Part shown: in pieces, positions 36,108 through 44,856 of the stretch | How the letters are laid out: each line of letters opens with the position of its first letter | Numbering within the stretch: position 1 is the stretch's first letter | Virus record (IMG/VR): IMGVR_UViG_3300022752_000083 | Coordinates: 1-56,808 of that record | Length of the DNA stretch: 56,808 nucleotides | Origin: a virus | Taxonomy: Duplodnaviria > Caudoviricetes | Direction: 5' to 3' (one strand) | Notes under the pieces: model-generated | The model's input: the letters and a program-made list of their open reading frames with translations, nothing else | Database searches by the model: none | Told to the model about the DNA's origin: nothing | Made by a program: the position numbers and the translations under genes

Positions 36108-36401
36108 GTGTCAGAAGACGTTGCTGTTTTTTCATCTAAAGAACCGTTTCTCAAAGTAAGCGCTGGTTCAAACCCGCAGTCTGTTGCCTCCGCAATTGCC
36201 TACGCGATTTATGAGAACCATACAGTTAAATTGCGTGCTGTTGGCGCTGGGGCAGTAAACCAAGCGTGTAAAGCCATGGCGATTGCTCGTGGGTACGCAG
36301 CCCCAAGAGGACATGACCTGAATTTTAAGGTTGGTTTTGCCACAATTGAGTCACGTGATGGTCAAATTTCTGCACTTGTTTTTACTGTGACCTCAAGTTA
36401 A
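36108..36401 (+). CDS. spoVS: SpoVS-family (Alba-like) nucleic-acid-binding protein
   Basis: LKVSA.SNP.SVA.AIA...AVGAGAVNQA.KA.AIARGY.AP.G. Confidence 0.85.
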   Translation: MSEDVAVFSSKEPFLKVSAGSNPQSVASAIAYAIYENHTVKLRAVGAGAVNQACKAMAIARGYAAPRGHDLNFKVGFATIESRDGQISALVFTVTSS

Positions 36402-36409
36402 TTTAAGCG

Positions 36410-36429
36410 TACTCTTATTAGTAAGAGTA
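36410..36429. promoter_or_regulatory. perfect inverted repeat overlapping candidate -10 (TACTCT)
   Basis: TACTCTTA-TTAG-TAAGAGTA directly before SD AAGGAG. Confidence 0.45.
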
Positions 36430-36442
36430 TAAGGAGTCTCTC

Positions 36443-36862
36443 ATGGCAAACTGGGCAAGTATCGGTCACGGCATGCGCCGTCGAATGGGCGTTCCTTCCA
36501 ATCACCACGAGTCGGCAGGAAGTCCCATGAACCGCACCCACAAGACCTCGGACGAAGCTATGCAGGACCACGCTGCTGCCAACAGCGCACGTGTTCCAAT
36601 TGGCATGGCAGCTCCCGTTATGCCCACGGCTGGTACTATGATGCCTCGCCACAACACTCAGGCAGGTGACCCCACCAACCCCGGCTCGAAGCAGAACCGC
36701 CAAAACATCGAGCGTATTGGTGCAACCTACCGTGTGACGGCAAACATGGGTGTCCCACTTGACCCCGCAGCAGGACAAACGATGGCAAATGCTCGTATCG
36801 TTCCGTCTATTCAGGGTCGTGTTGCTCCCAACTTTAACGCGAGCATCAGCGAACTGTACTAG
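36443..36862 (+). CDS. hypothetical low-complexity protein
   Basis: SD AAGGAG; Ala/Gly/Asn/Met-rich. Confidence 0.7.
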   Translation: MANWASIGHGMRRRMGVPSNHHESAGSPMNRTHKTSDEAMQDHAAANSARVPIGMAAPVMPTAGTMMPRHNTQAGDPTNPGSKQNRQNIERIGATYRVTANMGVPLDPAAGQTMANARIVPSIQGRVAPNFNASISELY

Positions 36863-36875
36863 GGCGCGATAACCA

Positions 36876-37160
36876 ATGGCTGGTTATGGCGTAGAGGATA
36901 TTCACTCCGCTCTTAAGTCTGTTTCGTCAATTCAAATACCGCCCGCTGACCCCGGAGCGGGGTTTGCTTTGCAACGCGCCGGTCAGCCCGGTGGCGCAAT
37001 GCACGTTGCTCCGCTGGGTGCCGCAAATTACGGTGCAAACCGTTTTACAGCATGGGATACCTCACAGTTTGGCGCAAACCGTGGCGCAGCAAACGTTAGC
37101 GGTTCATTTGTGAACTTTAGCGCAGGTAAGACTCCTTTCCCAAATAATGGAGACACTTAA
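36876..37160 (+). CDS. hypothetical Gly/Ala-rich protein
   Basis: clean ORF coupled to next gene. Confidence 0.6.
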   Translation: MAGYGVEDIHSALKSVSSIQIPPADPGAGFALQRAGQPGGAMHVAPLGAANYGANRFTAWDTSQFGANRGAANVSGSFVNFSAGKTPFPNNGDT

Positions 37161-37693
37161 TGGCTGGTGGCGTTAACAACATGTCACCCAGCCAAAACTG
37201 GCAGTCACTGGGTGGCGGTGGATTTAGTGGGTACAACAACCAAGGCGGTTCCGGTACGCCGGTTGCTCGTAGTGACCTTGACGGCATTCGCATTGGTACT
37301 GGGCGTGTACCATCGGCGGAGTATCCTGACGGCTATCTTGGGACTATACGTTCACGCCGTGATGACCGTCTTCTGGATTCCATTAAGAATCGCGTCGGTC
37401 AAAAGGCGTACCAGCGAGGCGTCCACAAGGGCGAGCGAATTGAGCCTTCATCCTACTTCTGGGCACCAGAGTTTGGCGCACAAGACGGTTTGAAACGTCA
37501 AATGAAAGCTGTCCCCGTTATGAACAACGGTGTTGTGACGTACCAGATTCCTCGATTTACGCAAGACATCCGCCTCACCCCAGCTCCACACCTTGTCAAT
37601 GACGGCAAAGCAAACATGCGTTCCGATTCTCCCGGAACCATCAACGTTCGTCGTGCCGATATGTTGAACTACCTCAAGCCTGTTTGGAGTTAA
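37160..37693 (+). CDS. hypothetical phage protein
   Basis: TAATG coupling; YPDGYLGTI.SRR.DR and YQRGVHKGERI blocks. Confidence 0.7.
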   Translation: MAGGVNNMSPSQNWQSLGGGGFSGYNNQGGSGTPVARSDLDGIRIGTGRVPSAEYPDGYLGTIRSRRDDRLLDSIKNRVGQKAYQRGVHKGERIEPSSYFWAPEFGAQDGLKRQMKAVPVMNNGVVTYQIPRFTQDIRLTPAPHLVNDGKANMRSDSPGTINVRRADMLNYLKPVWS

Positions 37694-37694
37694 T

Positions 37695-38525
37695 GTGGCA
37701 ACCGAACAAACTGAAGATAACGAAGGACCAAAAACTCTGGCGGTACCATCAAGTGCCAACATTAAACTTCGTTCTAGAAAAAAGAACGGACCCCCCATTG
37801 CCGCCACCTCACGCACAGCGGATACTTGCGCTCCAGATTGTCCGTTCCTTGACAAAGGACCGCATAACGACCAAGACGGTGTACCTATTTGTTACGCTAA
37901 TGAACGCACTCGTCGTCCCGCTATTTTTGACGTTGCAGCACGTTTTGGGTTAAAAATTACGCGAGAAGCACTTGATAAAATTCGTGTAGGAACAGCATAC
38001 AAAGCACCTGTAAGACACCTTGTTTCCGGAGACATTGCCGGTCCTGATGATGATTACTTAAAAGAAGCAAACCACTTGCATGAGATTCGGCAAGATTTGG
38101 AAGGATGGGGATACACCCATCATTGGCGGCATATTTCTCCCACTGATGTAAAAGGATGGACGCTAAACGCTTCAACAGAAAGCCCCGCTCAAGCAAAAGA
38201 AGCTATTGGAAAAGGTTGGCAAGTAGTAATTGAGTCTCCAGAAGGAGAAGAACTTGCCGGACAACGAATTGCTGGGCGTAAAGTTGTTGCGTGTCCCAAC
38301 CAATCTACTCATGGTTTGGTTGGGTGCGCAGACTGCACACTTTGTCGAAAAGATACCCCCACTCGCCCCATTGTTGAGTTTACTATCCACGCCCGTTCAA
38401 AAGCCCGAAAAGAACAAGTCAATGATATTGTTCGAGGAATTCGTAACCAAGGACCTGTTGATTTAGGTATGCCTACTATCCGTAAAGCAGACGCGTTTAA
38501 AACAGGGTTTACGGACAGAGGTTAA
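37695..38525 (+). CDS. Cys-rich gp88-like/radical-SAM-like protein
   Basis: TC...CPF...CYA, R.LVSGD, GYTH.W, LNAS.ES, CP...C..C.LC. Confidence 0.6.
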   Translation: MATEQTEDNEGPKTLAVPSSANIKLRSRKKNGPPIAATSRTADTCAPDCPFLDKGPHNDQDGVPICYANERTRRPAIFDVAARFGLKITREALDKIRVGTAYKAPVRHLVSGDIAGPDDDYLKEANHLHEIRQDLEGWGYTHHWRHISPTDVKGWTLNASTESPAQAKEAIGKGWQVVIESPEGEELAGQRIAGRKVVACPNQSTHGLVGCADCTLCRKDTPTRPIVEFTIHARSKARKEQVNDIVRGIRNQGPVDLGMPTIRKADAFKTGFTDRG

Positions 38526-38527
38526 TT

Positions 38528-39040
38528 ATGCCAGAACAAGAAGATTTTAAAGAGCACAAGGAAGACGCTCAAACACGAGCAAAACAAACCTCTGAAAACC
38601 CGAGGTACAGAGGGGATGACGGCTACCTTACTCCTGAATGGTATGCGGAGAAAGCGTTCCCCGAATATCACGAGACGCTAAATTCTACCTTGGCTGCAAA
38701 CTACGCCAACATCAATGACGTTCAACACACCCCAATGCAAGAGTCAGAGTTTAATCAAGTTCATCAACTAATGAGTGTGGGTCAAAACCACGCCTCTAAA
38801 GCGATTTATCACAACTCTAAAGGTAACCACCAAGAAGCACACGCAGCCATGGTTGCCGCTGCCGCATCCTACGACACAGCAGCGAAAATTCTTTATGACG
38901 TGAACACTCGTAACCATGGTTTGGGGAAACTTCCGGGGAATGAACTTGGGTCACTTACTGGTCGGGGAAAAGGGTGGGGAGCAACTATTGCGAACGCTTA
39001 CCGACAAAATTTACAGCGCAGAGGTGTGCAGTTTAGATGA
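38528..39040 (+). CDS. hypothetical protein
   Basis: SD AGAGG; packed ORF. Confidence 0.65.
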   Translation: MPEQEDFKEHKEDAQTRAKQTSENPRYRGDDGYLTPEWYAEKAFPEYHETLNSTLAANYANINDVQHTPMQESEFNQVHQLMSVGQNHASKAIYHNSKGNHQEAHAAMVAAAASYDTAAKILYDVNTRNHGLGKLPGNELGSLTGRGKGWGATIANAYRQNLQRRGVQFR

Positions 39041-39429
39041 CAACTCGATTTGACGGTCAATACGACAAGACTAAGCCGTGGCAAGGAGCGTTTGATTCCA
39101 GTGGAACGGCGAGTAGTCGTTATGCGCCGACTTCTTCCGAGAAGTCATGGTCGTATCTGGGACCGTGGGCATCCAACGAAGAACGTTTGACGCAACAGGC
39201 GTTGGTTGTTGCTTCAATTCCGGGGTACAAGATTCAAGAAATGGTAAGACCCAACCTCCCTCAGATTAGATTGTTTCCCGACCGATTCGGTTACGGAGAG
39301 CGTACACAGCCTGAAATTGACGATGTAGTGAGCATTGACCGAGTTTACACTGAGCCACGAGTTTCGTGGTATTCAGGAGGAGTAGGCTCATACTCCGGTT
39401 CTTCTCGAAACAGTTTGGCAGGTGACTAA
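39037..39429 (+). CDS. hypothetical protein
   Basis: ATGA overlap. Confidence 0.65.
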   Translation: MTTRFDGQYDKTKPWQGAFDSSGTASSRYAPTSSEKSWSYLGPWASNEERLTQQALVVASIPGYKIQEMVRPNLPQIRLFPDRFGYGERTQPEIDDVVSIDRVYTEPRVSWYSGGVGSYSGSSRNSLAGD

Positions 39430-39629
39430 TGGATACAGAGGGTGGCGGATACCCGCTCGAACTTCAGGCACGACAAATCATGGAAAATGCTACTCTATAT
39501 AGAGGGTCAGCTCCGTGCCCACAATGCGGAGTCATTATGAATCCAGTTGAATTTATGATGAGCAAGGGTCTGTGTCCAGAATGTTTAAACAACAAGATGG
39601 CACAACGAGTTAAAGGAAAAATGGCGTAA
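39429..39629 (+). CDS. small zinc-finger protein
   Basis: CPQCG...CPEC. Confidence 0.65.
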   Translation: MDTEGGGYPLELQARQIMENATLYRGSAPCPQCGVIMNPVEFMMSKGLCPECLNNKMAQRVKGKMA

Positions 39630-39889
39630 TGGACAACAACAACCCGCCTAATCGCGCAGCAGGTACTCATCAGAAGTACGTCGAGGCGTTGACTAACCCA
39701 TCATACACCGCTGGTTCTCCTCAAGATATGGCGCAGATTATGGGGTTCATTAATCGAACTCGCCCCTTGGAACACACGTATGATTACTCCGACGTTGACC
39801 CTGAAACGGGAGCGGGTCCGTCCATTCATACAGACGACTGCCCTGCATGCGTAGCCGCCCACAATGCTTCAAAGCCGTACGGAGAATAA
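39629..39889 (+). CDS. hypothetical protein
   Basis: TAATG coupling; PPNRA N-terminus. Confidence 0.6.
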   Translation: MDNNNPPNRAAGTHQKYVEALTNPSYTAGSPQDMAQIMGFINRTRPLEHTYDYSDVDPETGAGPSIHTDDCPACVAAHNASKPYGE

Positions 39890-39891
39890 TC

Positions 39892-40107
39892 ATGGGTGCG
39901 TATGACCCTGTTCCTAATCGCGCAGACGCGTATTACAACAACCATGATTTAGATATCACTGGTATTGATATTAACCAACACATTTATACTCCAAAGAAAA
40001 AGAAAACTACTCCAGAACCAAAGTACCGTGTCAGTGCTGACCCGTCACGGGGTAGGCGCACGTTGCCGTGGGGACAAAACCATAAGACAGGAAATGCCCG
40101 TGACTAA
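39892..40107 (+). CDS. hypothetical basic protein
   Basis: SD GGAG; VPNRA N-terminus. Confidence 0.55.
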   Translation: MGAYDPVPNRADAYYNNHDLDITGIDINQHIYTPKKKKTTPEPKYRVSADPSRGRRTLPWGQNHKTGNARD

Positions 40108-40408
40108 TAGCGAACCAAAGTCCGTATCATCCGGACTCCCATTGCGTCAAGAACTTAAAGAAGCAGGGTTTCTTGAGGATGAAGACGCAGAAAACTATGT
40201 CATACACTACGGGTTGACATCCGACGTACACCCCATGCGCAGTAACTACGGTGGCACTGAGCTTCGTTGGTGTCCCGCACCTCACGGTCAGCCGTCAGAG
40301 TGCGAATCGTGCGGTTGGAATGGTGCTTTTCCATCGAACAACCCCCGAGGCGGTAGTCACGATTGTCCGGGTTGTGGTCGAGAACTAGATTACGAAGGAG
40401 CGTACTAA
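40094..40408 (+). CDS. zinc-ribbon protein
   Basis: CESCG...CPGCG; start adjusted. Confidence 0.55.
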   Translation: MPVTNSEPKSVSSGLPLRQELKEAGFLEDEDAENYVIHYGLTSDVHPMRSNYGGTELRWCPAPHGQPSECESCGWNGAFPSNNPRGGSHDCPGCGRELDYEGAY

Positions 40409-40752
40409 TGAGTGAAACCCCCGGCGAATTGTTCGTCAATCGCAATGTTAGAGACCGACGCTCTCCTAAAGAGATATTGCGTTACCATGTTTCTGGTGCA
40501 ATCGAGCGCGGAGAGAAAGAGCCGATTGTTGGCATTACTGCGGATGACGTAAAAGACGACTATTCAGAAGACGATGAGTTCGATAACACCGATTTGCGCT
40601 ACATGATGAATGAGCACGAAGGCGATGGCGTTATGGTTGGCGGTACCGCAATCTGCGAGACTTGTGGCGCAAAGTTGAACCGCGTCACGGACAAGTGCAA
40701 AGACCCTAACCACAATCGCCCCATTTCAACCAGCCAGCAATCTGGGTATTAG
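40408..40752 (+). CDS. hypothetical protein (CxxC)
   Basis: SD AAGGAG, TAATG coupling. Confidence 0.6.
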   Translation: MSETPGELFVNRNVRDRRSPKEILRYHVSGAIERGEKEPIVGITADDVKDDYSEDDEFDNTDLRYMMNEHEGDGVMVGGTAICETCGAKLNRVTDKCKDPNHNRPISTSQQSGY

Positions 40753-40761
40753 GAAGTAATC

Positions 40762-40989
40762 ATGACTACATTCCACGACCGTCGTAACGGAAGCCACAGC
40801 AACTTGCCCGACGACTACGATGCCCAAGACTTTTTCAGCAGCGCCAAGTGCGACAACTGCGGAGCTACCGGCATGGTGGTCGGTGTTGGTAGCAAAGACT
40901 TGTGCCCAGACTGTGCAAACAAAACCCGAGGCAGCCGCATAAGTGACGACGAAAAGGCAGACCGCAAAACACTCGGTTACGAAGATTAA
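40762..40989 (+). CDS. small zinc-finger protein
   Basis: CDNCG...LCPDC. Confidence 0.6.
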   Translation: MTTFHDRRNGSHSNLPDDYDAQDFFSSAKCDNCGATGMVVGVGSKDLCPDCANKTRGSRISDDEKADRKTLGYED

Positions 40990-40999
40990 GGAAGTAATC

Positions 41000-41209
41000 A
41001 TGGCAGTTAACACTTCGCGTTCGATGAACGCCAGCCTCAACGAAGGCTCGACAGACGGTAAGTACCGTAAGGTACGCCCCAACACCGAAGTCATTCCCGG
41101 TGCTCCCGATGCTACTTTAGAGAACCGCCAGAGCCTGAACCCGTTCTACAACTACGGTTTCGCCACGTCAGAGTACCCGGATTCGGCTAAGGTCAACCCC
41201 GGTAAGTAA
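41000..41209 (+). CDS. small hypothetical protein (possible virion component)
   Basis: SD AAGGA; C/G-ending codon bias like the sheath/tube genes. Confidence 0.65.
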   Translation: MAVNTSRSMNASLNEGSTDGKYRKVRPNTEVIPGAPDATLENRQSLNPFYNYGFATSEYPDSAKVNPGK

Positions 41210-41211
41210 TC

Positions 41212-41967
41212 GTGGGCTACCGTTTCGAAAGCGAAGAAGAGGCAGACCCAGAAGAGCCACCAGCCTCTCTGGGTAACCTCAATCCTAAGCAATTCGAAAA
41301 ACGCCAAGAACTTTTGTCGGAGTTTACTCCGCTTACGCCGGAGATGCAGGTAAACGCTGCCCGCAATCGAGAGACACGGCGAGCAAACAAAGCCGCTCCT
41401 GCCAGAATTAACGAGCACTACCACGTAGGAATCGTAGACCAACAAAGTAAAGACAACTACGAATTGGGTGACGGGAACACCCCGTACAACTTTGAACACA
41501 TTATCCCTGTAGACATTGATGCTGCACAACGTTTGTACCCTCGTGCATCCAAAGAAATGTTGGTTAAAATCGCTCACGCAACAGCTCAGCGCACCGCTAA
41601 AGCTGTTTTAGAGAAACATTTCCAATCAATACCTAAAAAGAACGTAACTACTGCCGAACGCAGCCCCGAAGGGTTTATTACGCACAACACTCGTTTTGGT
41701 GTCGGTGCCCGAGCGGACCTAGAGGCATTTATTACTCACAGGTATCAACTTGAGGGCGACCCTAAGCATGAGGAAGAACCGGGTTCTTTCTACGCAGATT
41801 ACGGCTCTCAAGGTTACGCGCTTTCAGGTTCTACTGCCACTCCAGTTTCTCCCGTTGTTGGACGGTATGTTCAAAGCACCCGTAAAGATGGAAGCAAAAC
41901 CATGCGAGTAAGCGAAGCTACCAGACAACCGGGGCAAATTAATGTTGGAGCAAATCCTTACCGGTAG
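41212..41967 (+). CDS. hypothetical protein
   Basis: GTG start; LNPKQF motif. Confidence 0.65.
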   Translation: MGYRFESEEEADPEEPPASLGNLNPKQFEKRQELLSEFTPLTPEMQVNAARNRETRRANKAAPARINEHYHVGIVDQQSKDNYELGDGNTPYNFEHIIPVDIDAAQRLYPRASKEMLVKIAHATAQRTAKAVLEKHFQSIPKKNVTTAERSPEGFITHNTRFGVGARADLEAFITHRYQLEGDPKHEEEPGSFYADYGSQGYALSGSTATPVSPVVGRYVQSTRKDGSKTMRVSEATRQPGQINVGANPYR

Positions 41968-42016
41968 TTTCAAATATTGCAAATCAGGTGTATGATTCCC
42001 TTAGAAAGGAATCATC

Positions 42017-42577
42017 ATGGCAAATAATACGTGCCCCTATTGCGAGAGCAAGAACTGTCTCCAGAACATTGGGATACTAATAGACTCGGGAACATCGAGT
42101 ACCAACACGTTTGGTCTGACCTATAATTCCGAAGAGGGCATGACTCCCGGAATGTATTGGTCATCAACTGCTTCGGGATTAGCCCAAAGGTTTGCACCTC
42201 CCGGAATACCCGGAGACATTACTTTCTGGAACTTTTTGGGCTGGTGGGTACTTACAACTCCCATTATTGGGTGGATTGCGTTTACTTCGTTTTTTCGAGA
42301 CTGGAATACATGGGAATCATCGGGTAGTGTTTGGATGACATACATTATCTTTGGGATTCCGGTGGGTATGCTGTTTGGTTTAGCGGCTTCTTGGTCAATT
42401 CAAATGTTAATTTTTGCATCCAAGAAAGAGCTGCGGAGACGTTACGGTTGGGGGTATTACTACCTTCGAAACGCTACTTTTTGCATGAGGTGTGGAACCG
42501 CTTTTGACCTGTGGCATTCGGGTTCCCCAGAAGAATTTGTTTCAAAGAAGTTTGACCTGAGCCAGTACGCTCAATGA
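42017..42577 (+). CDS. membrane protein with split Cys motifs
   Basis: own -10 TATGAT 41991-41996 and SD AGAAAGGA; CPYC, 2 TM segments, CMRC. Confidence 0.7.
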   Translation: MANNTCPYCESKNCLQNIGILIDSGTSSTNTFGLTYNSEEGMTPGMYWSSTASGLAQRFAPPGIPGDITFWNFLGWWVLTTPIIGWIAFTSFFRDWNTWESSGSVWMTYIIFGIPVGMLFGLAASWSIQMLIFASKKELRRRYGWGYYYLRNATFCMRCGTAFDLWHSGSPEEFVSKKFDLSQYAQ

Positions 42578-42607
42578 ACTAGGATTACAAACTGTTAGGA
42601 GCACAAT

Positions 42608-43168
42608 ATGGCTGATGTACCACTTCTCGGTAAACGCGAAATGCACGACGGACCGGTTATCCGGCTGTTGTACTGCCTCGTATGCAACACGATGGAAGAA
42701 CTGCCCCCTTTTGAGGGAAAACCGGAGCATGATTATTTGCTTGAAATCTCTGTAGAGAAACACGTGTTTCCGTCTGGAGAACCTCACAAAGGTAAGCTGT
42801 TTATTCTCCCGGTAAAAACATGGGGCAACCCAGCGTACCGCAAAGAGATTATCAATCAACTTAAGGGCGGTGGAGCCGAGGGTCTTGATGCTATGACCCC
42901 CGAGAAGGATTACTACTCCAGCAAAATGCAGTTTGCTGAAGATGCCATGTCGTGTTACGAAAAACACAACAGACCACAAATTGGTTGCAATGATTACAAG
43001 TCCCCCGAGAAACGCCTTTTGCCTAAGACGGCAAAGGAGCGTAAAGATGTAGGCTTGGAGTCTCCGGAGAACGCTCCGGGTCCAAAGGTCTACCTTTGTA
43101 ACTTTTGTCCATTCCATAGCGTTGCCATTACCAACGCCCGTATGAAGCAGGGTCTCTATGACAATTAA
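42608..43168 (+). CDS. Cys-containing hypothetical phage protein
   Basis: SD AGGAG; CLVC, C..H, YLCNFCP. Confidence 0.7.
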   Translation: MADVPLLGKREMHDGPVIRLLYCLVCNTMEELPPFEGKPEHDYLLEISVEKHVFPSGEPHKGKLFILPVKTWGNPAYRKEIINQLKGGGAEGLDAMTPEKDYYSSKMQFAEDAMSCYEKHNRPQIGCNDYKSPEKRLLPKTAKERKDVGLESPENAPGPKVYLCNFCPFHSVAITNARMKQGLYDN

Positions 43169-43433
43169 TTATCAGTACAGCATTACTGTTGACGAAGACG
43201 GCTCGATTAAAATTGACACCAAAGTTCCCGAAGGTGTTGAGGTAAAGAAAGAAGCTGGAATCTTCGACATCATTGATTCCTCACGCAAGTGTGTTGCTGA
43301 CCTTGAACGGTCACTGCTCATAGAAGGAATTACCCAAGCGGTAAACTCCCTCATGCCTACTCCCGAACCAACGGTAGCAGACAAAGTGTCTAACGCCCTT
43401 AAGGAACGAACGGCTACACCCGATACCGAGTAA
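43158..43433 (+). CDS. hypothetical protein
   Basis: overlapping packed ORF. Confidence 0.6.
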   Translation: MTINYQYSITVDEDGSIKIDTKVPEGVEVKKEAGIFDIIDSSRKCVADLERSLLIEGITQAVNSLMPTPEPTVADKVSNALKERTATPDTE

Positions 43434-43450
43434 AGTCAGCATATATGCAC

Positions 43451-43456
43451 TAAACT
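43451..43456 (+). promoter_or_regulatory. -10 (TAAACT) of putative leaderless transcript
   Basis: 6 nt before ATG 43463; no SD. Confidence 0.55.
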
Positions 43457-43462
43457 TTACTT

Positions 43463-44359
43463 ATGGATATAACCGGTTCGCCTACATCGTATTTTAGCGA
43501 GCCGTCAACCCATCTTGACCCCAACTTGTTTGAAGGTCGCCACCTCAAAAGCTGGGCACGACAGGGTATTCAGTCACTGTTGGTTGGCTTTTTAAGCCAT
43601 AAGTACCGTCACCCAGAACTGTGGTCCCACGCATGGCTGGCTGGGTCAGGGGTTTCGTACCAGTGGGAAGCCGCCAGACAGCCCGGAGACCTTGACTGTT
43701 TATTCGGTGTGGACTACATCCAGTTCCGCAAAGCCAACCCAGAATTCACGGGTTTATCAGACCGTGAAATCGCAGAGCAGATTAACGATGATATTCACGA
43801 GGGATTGCACCCCCAGACTGAGAACTGGAACGGTTACGAACTGACGTTCTACGCACTACAAACAGATGATATTCGCACCATCCACCCGTACGCGGCATAT
43901 GATGTTAAATACGATGAGTGGACTGTCATTCCAGACCCAACAGAACGTGCGTCCTACAACCCAGACTGGGAAGAGGTTGTCAACAGCGACCGAGCAAAGA
44001 CACAGCAGGTAGTCACTCGATTCCAAGCTGCGCTTAACGAGTCCGCCACCGCGTACAACGAGGCACTTCGCCGTAACGCAGAGACTCGTTTGGAAGCCGC
44101 GTCTCAGCAAGGTGCAGCACTCTACGACGAGATTCACGGCAACCGCGCTCTGGCGTTCTCAGACACGGGCGAAGGTTATTCAGACTTTAATAACTACAGA
44201 TGGCAAGCAGGAAAACGTGAGGGCACGGTTCAGGTTTTGCGCCAGATTCGCCAACGAGTGGACGCCGTCAAGGAACAGCGAGAGAAGTCCCTGTACGGGG
44301 CTAGTCTACCCGACGCTCATCTAGCACTTCGCACATCCGCACTTTACGGCAGGTCATAA
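43463..44359 (+). CDS. Pol-beta-superfamily nucleotidyltransferase
   Basis: hhAGS-x(12)-GDLDC motif and a later E(LTFY) strand. Confidence 0.7.
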   Translation: MDITGSPTSYFSEPSTHLDPNLFEGRHLKSWARQGIQSLLVGFLSHKYRHPELWSHAWLAGSGVSYQWEAARQPGDLDCLFGVDYIQFRKANPEFTGLSDREIAEQINDDIHEGLHPQTENWNGYELTFYALQTDDIRTIHPYAAYDVKYDEWTVIPDPTERASYNPDWEEVVNSDRAKTQQVVTRFQAALNESATAYNEALRRNAETRLEAASQQGAALYDEIHGNRALAFSDTGEGYSDFNNYRWQAGKREGTVQVLRQIRQRVDAVKEQREKSLYGASLPDAHLALRTSALYGRS

Positions 44360-44856
44360 TGGATATCAGCGCACAGTTTCTCCCGTACAAAAACCCGTGG
44401 ACAGACACATGGCACAAAAACATTGGTGACCCAACTCCCGCTGACCCAGACACCATAGAAACCCCTCACGGGTATTTGACCCATCACCAGTACACAGGTT
44501 CGCTGTTTCATGTAACAGGCAGCAATTACCAAGAGTTGTTTGACAGCGAAGATGCGCATGAGAAAGCCATGTCCCGTTACTTAAGGAGTAAAAGTCCAGA
44601 AGACTACAACGCCGTAGTTGATTTGCACGGTGGCAATGAAGAGTCCGCCCTCAGCGCACTTCGAATTCACAACGGCAGAAGGATTGAGCGCGAACGTCAG
44701 GGTGAAATGCGCGCAGAGTACGGCGCAGGATTCTACACCGACAAAGAATATGTAAACGGTCTAGCAAATGCAGCGTCTGAGTACCCAGAAATTCAACGCC
44801 CAAATACTTTAAAAGTAGTTAGTGCTCGTACGGTACAGAAACGAGAGCTTAAATAA
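44359..44856 (+). CDS. hypothetical protein
   Basis: TAATG coupling; MDISAQF. Confidence 0.65.
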   Translation: MDISAQFLPYKNPWTDTWHKNIGDPTPADPDTIETPHGYLTHHQYTGSLFHVTGSNYQELFDSEDAHEKAMSRYLRSKSPEDYNAVVDLHGGNEESALSALRIHNGRRIERERQGEMRAEYGAGFYTDKEYVNGLANAASEYPEIQRPNTLKVVSARTVQKRELK

